Origin: Geosiphon pyriformis uo1 | Taxonomy: Eukaryota; Fungi; Glomeromycota | Length of the DNA: 64,000 bases | Direction: 5' to 3' | NCBI GenBank assembly: GCA_016748015.1 | Contig: JAAOMT010000128.1 | Coordinates: 1,991,538-2,055,537 of the forward strand | Part shown: in pieces, positions 55,501 to 64,000 of the stretch | Layout: every line of letters starts with the position of its first letter | Position numbering within the stretch: the first letter of the stretch is position 1 | Program-made: the position numbers and the translations under genes | Notes under the pieces: model-generated | Told to the model about the DNA's origin: nothing | The model's database searches: none | The model's input: only the letters and a program-made list of their open reading frames with translations

Positions 55501-57277
55501 AGACAATATAAATGTGTTATTTAAAATTATATCTAATTCTAAATTTGAGTTTGAAAGTACAAACACAATAAAAAAGAGAAATTGAAAAATAAGTGCCAAA
55601 AATACCAAATCTACAAAGCTTAATTTTTTTACAATACTAAATACTTGATCTGGTAAAAGCTCCAAGAAGTGTTTTAAAAAGACCAAATGAGCATTCAAAG
55701 AAAAATTATTTGGTAAAGTAGAAAAAAATTTTCTATTGAAATCTAAAGCACCAAAAAAAAAACTAGAACCAAAACCAAAGAGCAAACTGTTAGAAATAAA
55801 AGCCACTAAGATTATTTGTGCTTATAATTTGCCACCAAAAGCAGCAGAATGAGAGATAAAAACATATTTTTTGGTGTACAATTTGGCTAATTGGAGACAA
55901 TTTTCATTCAAAATAATTTTCTTAAATACTTTTATAGACAAAAATATGAGAGAACTAGAAACATTATATTTAAAAAAAAAATATCCAAAACACTCACACT
56001 TTTTACAACAAATCAGATCTAATTTGGTCCAAGAAAATTTAACATCACCAAAAATTGGTTTTGTGCAAAAAACAGATTTTAGTAATTTATCTAATTTAAA
56101 ACCTATAACAATACAATAAACACTATTGCTATTCTTAAATGATTTATTGACAACACATGTTTTTTTACCAGTTTTTTTAACAAAAATATTAAAATCATAA
56201 ACAGTTGTTTTTACTGACAAGGTAAATAAGAGTGCTTTAAATCAATTTTTAAACATCTAAATATCTTGATCTCTTATAGTTTTGGCCACATATATTAAAT
56301 TTTTTCTGATTAGAAATAACTATTTTGAAGCCAATTAATTTGCTTAACTTAATTTAGCAAACTTCATTATAGTTTTTTGCCATATTCTAATGAGCTAAAT
56401 TTTAATTAACAAAATTTAACCAAACTTGGATACTACAACAACAATCATTTTTTTTGGCATGTCTATAAATTTTTTTTTAATTATTATAGTTTAATCTAAG
56501 CATCTTTTTTGTCTTTTGACATTATTGTTTACAATAATCTTTTTGTTTTTAGCCAATAATATAGTTTTCTTTATATTTTTTTTAGATGTAAATGTTGCTT
56601 AAATAATCTCTTTAAATTTTGAAAAAGTAGTTGTCTTCTCTAAAATTATTAACTAATGAAAAAATTTTTCTAACCATCTAAGTTTTTGTCATAACTAATT
56701 TGCTTTCTACTGCAAACAGATTGATATTAAGAGCAAAAGATTTTTTGATAAGTACTTCAAACTGAGTTTTAATAATTTTTAAATTAATTTACTTTCTGTT
56801 GAAAGAGATATTAAAAAAGAAAGAGAGAAGTCTTTTGTTTTCATTTATGCTATAATCAATTGAGCCAATAGAAAAACCACAAACCAGACTAGTATTAATT
56901 CTCTTAGTTTTAAAGATATTTGCTGTTAAATCAAGAAAAAAACTACTACTAATATCAAATAAGACATTATCATCTTTATTATTATCAAATTTACTATCTA
57001 TATTCAAATATATGCTACTGTTAGCACCAGATTTAATTAAAAAGATATCTTTTTTATTTTCAGAATAATTAATATTATCAACTGAAATCTTTTTTTTTTG
57101 GGAAAATGAATTTTCAATAGAACTATGAAGAATTTCTTTAAACACCTTTTTTTAAACATAATACCATCTAAGACAGTCATTAAGTCCACTACAAAAAAAG
57201 TTATTTGCTTAAGAAATATTTGTAAAAAATAACAAAAAAAAATAAAAAACTTTTTTTCAAAAATATGTTCTTTTTAT
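49533..57277 (-). mobile_element. LINE copy 4, heavily AT-decayed, slightly 5'-truncated, nested in ghost B
   Basis: Poly(T) at 49533-49540. TSD TTATAAATA at 49524-49532 and 57278-57286. ORF1 remnants 55.3-57.15 kb; APE, RT and RNase H remnants (IYINGL for VYTDGS, FTDNQALL). Confidence 0.93.
51682..52658. mobile_element. 977-bp insertion in LINE copy 4, probably a solo LTR
   Basis: It interrupts ORF2, which resumes in register. Terminal inverted 8-mers TATTACTA...TAGTAATA may be decayed TG...CA ends. 4-bp TSD TTGT/CTGT (copy 3 has CTGT at this site). No coding remnant seen. Confidence 0.7.
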
Positions 57278-58965
57278 TTATAAATAAATATATTATGTAT
57301 AATATTAATAATATCTATAATAACTTTTAAATTATTAATAAATATTTTAATAGTCTTTAAAAACCAATTTTTTAAAACAAAACTTTTAATAATAATTATA
57401 TATAAATAATTATTAGTTTTTATATTAAGTAATAGTTAAATAACCAAAAAATTTATAACTGATTAAACAAAAAATTATTATTATTTAATTATAGCATTAA
57501 TAATAATTTTTTTTATAATAAAATTAAATTTATACAAAAAAGTATGATTATAATTTTTTAACAAATTACAATATAAATAGATAATACTTAAATATAAAAT
57601 ATTATACAGTTTTTTTTGAAACAACTAATAATTATTTGTAAAAAGCTTTTATAAATAAAAATAAAAACAAAAAAAAACAAAAACCAAGCTAATTAAATCA
57701 ATATATATATATCTATTTAAGTATTATATTATTATAATATAAATAAAATCAAAATTACAAGCCAAAAATTTATTTACGAATTTTTTGTATTTAGATTTTT
57801 AATTAACAAAACTAATAAAATTAAACAAATTTTTAATAAAATAACAAATATTTCAAAAACAAATTAGTTTTTAATAACTAAATAATATTTACAACTATTA
57901 AAACACAAAATAAAAAGTGAATTTATAAAAACATCTATAATTATATTTATATAATTATTATTAAAGATATTAAAATAATTTTTAATTTTATTTTAGCAAA
58001 CCAATAAAGTTTTATTTATAATAATAATAATATTAATATAACTATGTTTTATTTAGTATTTGTTATAAAAACTAAGACTAATAATAATTAAATATAAAAT
58101 ACATATATTTAAAAAAGCTTAATTATTTAAATTAACTTATATTTCTTATTAAAATATAATTTAAAATTAAAACTATTATTTGTAATTCAGCAAATATAAA
58201 TAAAAAAAGACTATAAATATTTAGGTTTATTTTAAGACCAATATCTAAAAAGTAAGTAAAAATACTAATAGCAATATTATAAAAGTCCAAATTTTTAATT
58301 AAATTATTAATATATATAATAATATAAATTGTTTAATATATTTAAAATTAAAATCTTCTTTTTTAAAAAAAAGCATAAAGTCAATTTTTTGCCAAAAATA
58401 ACCACAGCAAAAATATTTTTTTTGTTTAAAAATTGCCAGTTATATTAACCAAAAAATTGTTTATAAGATTAATAAACAACTTAATAAATCCACAGTAAAT
58501 ATTATAATAATTAATTTGTAATTTATAAATTTATTCTTTTATAATTAAAAAGTTTTTTAAAAATATTATTTACATTAATGCAAACAATCAAATTGGCCAA
58601 TTTTTTTTGATTAAATTTGTTTAAAAGATTTAAAATTATATAACAAAGAATAATAAATTGGTTTATTAAAAATTTTTTTAAAAAGCTTAGTCTTAAACTT
58701 TAATTTTTTTTAATAATCGAGTTTTATTTAATGTAAATACTTTTAAATACAAAACTAAATTAAATTTTATAATTAATAATAAGTTATAAAACTGCCAAAA
58801 CCAAATATAAAAACTATTTATTTAAGATAACTTTTTTTAAAATCATATTTGCAAAAAACTTAATATTAAAATATATTTTTTCAAATTAAGCTTTAATTAA
58901 CAAAAAATTTCAAAATATTTGTGTATTTTTTTTTAACAATAAAAATAAATGTTTTACTAATATTT

Positions 58966-59076
58966 TTTATTATTAACGTTTTATGAGTGCAGCCCAATTA
59001 CTATCTAGTATACAGAGTCAAAACTATGGACCCCAGTTAGACGCAATTCACGCATTTACTACATGTGACCAGTCAC
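58966..59076 (-). mobile_element. Mini-copy of the LINE 3' UTR (111 bp) inserted into ghost B
   Basis: gagtgcagcccaattactatctag...cgcaattcacgcatttactacatgtgaccagtcac. Perfect 10-bp TSD ACTAATATTT at 58956-58965 and 59077-59086. Confidence 0.9.
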
Positions 59077-60718
59077 ACTAATATTTAAAGTAAATTTTTT
59101 AATTTAATAGTTAATAAAAATAATTATTATCTTTTTATTATTTATTGAAATATTATTAACTCTAAAAAAATTATTGATAATATTCAAAATATATTGTAAT
59201 ACAATTTAAAACTAATCAATTTAAATTATATTATTGATAAAATTTTAGTAATTAAAAATAAAATTAGGCCAATTTTAAATTTTAATCAATTAGTATTTAT
59301 AACAAATTTTAAATTAATTTTATAGCTATATAAATATTCTTATTTTTTAACTTTACACAAAAAAAATTGTAAAATTTTTTTTAAAGCAAAAATAAAAATA
59401 TTTTGTCTTAATTAAAACTATTATGTATTTTGTAATCACTAATTAAACTAAAATTTATTATAATTTTGTTAGTTTTAGTATTGTAAAAATTATTAAAAAA
59501 CTTAATAAATCTTTTATATATTTTAATATAAGTTAAACTGTTTTTTAAATAAGACCAATTTACAAAATTATATGTTTTATACATATTTTATAAGATCAAT
59601 CAAAGTTTTTTTTTAAAACATTTCAATTAAGTCAATAACAAATATAAAAGGTTGAATAAAAGTTTTTTTTTAAAACAAAAAAATTGCTATTATAAAGAAT
59701 ACTATATTTAATACATGTAAAAAAAATTTGGTTCAACAAAATTTTTAAATTTTTTTTTTGTTAGTCTTAATCAATACAATAAAATAAATATTAATAAAAA
59801 TATTATCTTATTTATAAGATTTAAAAATTATTACAATGTTTTTAAAGTTTATTAAAAATACTAGACAGATTTATTATTTTGTCATTAAGCAAATTTTTTA
59901 TGACTATTATTATAAAAACAATATAAATTAACTAAATATTATTTTTATATTAATATAAAAATAAAAATAATTATTATTTTAATAAATTTAATAATAAAAG
60001 TGAATTTAAATAATAAATTGCATAATATTTAACAAATTAAAATTTAAACTTGTTTAATATTACAGATAAAAAACAAAAAACAAAAGCTTAAACTTAACAT
60101 AATTTAAAAAATGCAAAAAAAACGGTATTATGTATTCATAATAAAAAATATATTAAATTAATTGCAAATTGTTAATGAACAATAATAACAACTTATTTAA
60201 TACAAATTACAAAAACATTAATTAAAACTAATAAAATAAATAAAAATTGTTTATAAAGTCTTAAAAACATTAATAAAAAAATAAAAACATTAAATGATTA
60301 TTAAACAGATATAAATACAACAATTATAATGAAAAGTTTATCAACTAAATAAATTAACAGTATTTAAAAAAACATTAAAAAAATTAAAGCCAATAAGCTA
60401 TATAAAATTAAAATTGCAAAAAAGTAGCTGTTTACAAAAACACATAAATAATTTTGCCACAATTAATTAAACTATTTTAGAAAATCTGTTAAAAAGATAA
60501 TAATTTTATTTTACAACTAAATAAAATAAAAACTAAACTAGATAATATTATAAAAAATGACTTGTAGAAAAAACTTTTGACAAGATTTTGATTTGATAAA
60601 AAAAAAATTAATATACGTAAAAAATAATTTATTTGCACAGTAAATAATGGTTAAATTACATTCAATAAAGCAGATTAAATAAAAAATAAAAAATAAATTA
60701 ATACAATATTTTTAATTA

Positions 60719-60941
60719 CCTTAGAGCGCCTATAGTACCCAGGGTATTATTCAAAATTTACTAGTCAGAAAATTGTATAGTACCCATGGGTATTATACAT
60801 ACATGGAGTACTAAATATGGGAGTTCCTTTAGAAAGGAATATTTCACATTCTTTATTAATAAATTTAGCTAGTAAAAGAATAATTGAACTGTATCTAATG
60901 TTAATTATGGGGGATACTATACTATATGCAGTGCTCTACGG
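60719..60941. mobile_element. 223-bp MITE, Tc1/mariner (Tc2/pogo-like termini)
   Basis: TA|CCTTAGAGCGC ... GTGCTCTACGG|TA (9/11 inverted match, TA flanks). Subterminal near-palindromes TATAGTACCCA(T)GGGTATTAT at 60731 and 60776. Confidence 0.72.
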
Positions 60942-61763
60942 TAGTTAAATAAGTTTTAATAAGAAAAAGATTGCATTTTAACAATATAATTGAGTTATAT
61001 TATATCAGGACATTTTTATTAAAAATTGAATGACATTAGTTTCTTGAACAAAGTCTTATGCTTAATAATAAGGAAGTTTTCAATCAACCAAAGTAGATTT
61101 CTTTAAAAACCACTGTTATTCTTGAAAAATGCTAGCATTTATTTCACTTTCCTCTTCTTTTAAAATTCATATTCATTTAACATGAATAACCAAGACAGAC
61201 CAAAGATCCAAAATAGTCGTCTTAAAAACTTGTTATAAAAATATTGACTTTTAAATAGGGTTTTCTGAATTATGTATTGTCTAAAAGAATAAATATTTCG
61301 TATCCAATATTTTCTTTCGAAATTTATCATTAGGAGTCCCTTATCTCTTGAATGAATCTATTAACTTGAACAGTTATAAAACTAATCCCAAAATATTTTA
61401 ACTGTTTTATTATCAGCGAAACCAACTCTTTTGTGATATCTTTGTATTTGTCTCCAAAAATCGTATGAAAAAGCAGGATTGATTTACTATGATTTTACAG
61501 CAGAATCTTCCATTGGGTTTTGATCCTTTGAGAAAGTCAAAAGGTTTTCAAAATAAAATTATAATCATACATAGAGAGCTTTGGATCTCATATTTCATCT
61601 TTTCAATTGCCTAATAAAAATTTTACATAATAAGATCCGATGAAAAAACGAGTGCGGGTTTCAAACTAATCAGAAAGTCTTTGACCACTGGCACTGATTA
61701 ACTAGTGATTCGTCTAGCGATATTTCTTTAAAAGAATTCCTTTTTTCATCCTGCTCGCCAGAA

Positions 61764-64000
61764 ATGTCTTCCCAACCATCAGGGCCGATAACCTTTCAAT
61801 TAGAAAAGTTTTCTCGTTGGCCAACACCTTATCATAATGATGTTTTCCAAACCGGAGAAAACTGGCACCCTGTTATAGGACCGAATATAATTTTAAAGCT
61901 CGAAAATATGGTCCCCCCTGGAGTGCCTCTTGGAGGAAGAGGGGAACCAGTTATCATAATTATGAAGGACATTTGTATATTGGTCTGTGTGAGACGCCTT
62001 TTTTTGAGATTATTGGAAAACCAAAGTATCCAAATTTTTTGCTTTCAACTTTTTATTAAACAGGAAAAATTAAACGTGTCATATCGCTACGCTGCGACGA
62101 CACAAGCCAGAATGGGCCTAAAGTACCCAATTATTGGGATCAAATATAATGAAAAAGACGCTGAGAGCTTTGGTGGAGTATGTATTTAAAAGGTTTCATT
62201 ATTAACATATTCAGCTTTTAAAACTTTCTAATTTATCCATGATTATAAAGGCCACTTGTCAAAGAAACGTTAAAATTCAACTTCGAATCCCAAATATGGA
62301 TGATTTCGAAAAATGTGTGGCCATTCTGGGAAGATATATCAATAGAGTAAACGAAGAAACATCCACAACTTCAAATACTCAGTTGGAAATACCTACTCAA
62401 GTGCTTAAACCATTACAAGAAAATGATCACGTCCAAAATAACCAGAGCCTACCCCCCACTAATTCAATGAACTCTTTGATCCATACACAAAGACATTTCT
62501 CGAACCCCGAAATAACAAAAAGGCAAAGTAAATCTCAAGAAAAATCCGATTGCTATGGTGGAGCTACAAAGGATCCTCCGTCACTAAATTCGTGTTTTAG
62601 GTCGCCCATAAAATGTGCTCCCTCATACGGGACATTCGACTCAAGCAGTCAAAGCAAAAATAATTTTGAATTAGCTCAAGATAATAAAATGAGAAATTCA
62701 AATGAAAATTCCCTAAACGAATCTACAAATAATAAAATTTTTCCATCAAGTAGATATGGAGTCTCTCATGAGACGCAAACACTTGCACCGGTGGCTCAAC
62801 AATTAAAAGTAAACGGCAGCCAGGGATCAAATTTGTGCTCAAAAAATCAGATTCAAATGAATCCCCTACAAAGTGAAAGACTTCAGCAATTTCAGAGCTC
62901 GCAATCATATTCAACTCCATTCCCAACTATTCCCAATCAAACTGGGCAGAACCAGACTATATCGTTACCATCAAAATTTTCTCAGCAGGGATATCAACCC
63001 TTGGAACATTATCCAGAAAAATGTTTTAGTTCTGAAACTCTTCACAGCTTCAATAACCAAAACCCACTATTCCACCCCCAAGCCAAGAACTCTCATTATA
63101 AAGAGTCGTCATCCGCATTTTCAAATTCTCCCTCTAATGGAAATGAAAAAAGTAATTGCTTTAAATTTTTTAATGCTTATCCACAATAAAAATAACAAAG
63201 TTTTACATCTTCTAATTTCAATGAGCACAGGGACTGGACAACCTTCAACTAATTCTATTCCTACGTCATATAATATGCCTGGGTCAGCTCAAACCAAATC
63301 CTCTTTTCCAAATGTAACGCCTGAATCACACGAAGATGTGAATTCATCCAAAACAAAGGCAATCGAAATTATTTCGCTTTCGTCTTCTCCATTAATTGAC
63401 TCTGTTCAAATCAAACAAGAAACAAAAGAAAAGAGCACCCCAGACCTAATAGACTTGACTTTAGAAGAGAGTATTGAGGAGAATTCTTCAGTTAATCATT
63501 GCTTTTCCCTTCGAAAACGTCAAGAATATTCTCAGACTTTACCAAAAAACGAATTTCAACAAACTCAATACGCTTTAAACAAGAATAATTTTCAGTATCA
63601 TACAAATAAAAAATTAAAATTTTCATCCAATACACGTCAAAATACAAGCCTGTCTCCACAAAATACTCACAACAAACCTCAACCATCCGAGACTCGTATA
63701 ATGGACGGCCATTTACCGGAAGAAACTCTATCAAAAAATTCTCACGTACAAGCCGTTCTAAAAGAATTCGACGAAGAGCCGATTTTCCAAACCCTATCAA
63801 ACCCGAGTCAGGTATTTGCTGCCACAGCGTCTCGGAAAAAAGAGCCGTCAAATATCCCAATAACCGAAATTCCTGAAAATAATCCTAAACTACCAATTGA
63901 CGACGAAGAACTCGAGAAATGGGTTGCGGATGTGTTAAAAGATCCAGAATTCCCAGAATTTGTCTCAAGGGTTGAGAAACTTTGGAAGGCTCGTTTTTTG
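61764..64000 (+). CDS. REC114: Probable meiotic DSB accessory protein Rec114, 3'-partial; exons ~61764-61982, 62064-62177, 62251-63151, 63231-end
   Basis: N-terminal PH-like block (FQLEKFSRW...YPIIGIKY...KIQLRI...FEKCVAILG), long disordered S/Q/N-rich linker, and C-terminal helix motif LEKWVADVLKDPEFPEFVSRVEKLW resembling the Rec114 C-terminal signature (L.D..FP.FV..VE). Confidence 0.75.

Larger units (their letters stand above)
49165..60600 (-). mobile_element. Ghost LINE B, exposed at 49165-49523, 57287-58955 and 59087-~60600; interrupted by copy 4 and a mini-copy
   Basis: 49165-49290 is a decayed 3' UTR. 57360-57415 matches copy 1 ~450-500. 58580-58645 matches copy 1 ~1937-2005. 59110-59840 matches the copy 2 RT region. 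The alignment is in register across both insertions; the right boundary is uncertain. Confidence 0.82.

Overview
This is eukaryotic fungal DNA: short AT-rich introns, low GC and a high transposon load. The gene and TE style suggests Glomeromycotina. The LINE proteins resemble what I recall from Geosiphon pyriformis, but that is recollection and I ran no search. There are two transposon blocks (1-~23.7 kb and ~47.4-60.9 kb) around a gene island (24-47 kb), plus one gene running off the right end. The TE blocks hold four near-full-length, inactivated non-LTR retrotransposons (ORF1 RRM/Zn-knuckle/coiled-coil; ORF2 APE-RT-RNase H-Zn finger), all on the minus strand. Much of the ~90% AT DNA between them is not spacer. 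It aligns by eye to the same LINE family after almost every C and G has become T or A (ghost LINEs), and the younger copies are nested in these ghosts in the same orientation. The window also holds three 90-120 bp mini-copies of the LINE 3' UTR with nearly identical 5' ends, a probable solo LTR, a 223-bp Tc1/mariner-type MITE and a decayed long-TIR element. Host genes: ubiquitin-RPL40, a 2OG-Fe(II) dioxygenase, CSE1, a coiled-coil/TM protein (KASH-like candidate), a catalytically degenerate ketopantoate-reductase-like protein, glucose-6-phosphate 1-epimerase, TIM9 (absent from the ORF track), a DUF229-type alkaline-phosphatase-fold protein and a probable REC114. The main leads are a repeat-targeted GC-to-AT erasure process, the fixed-boundary 3' UTR mini-elements and REC114.
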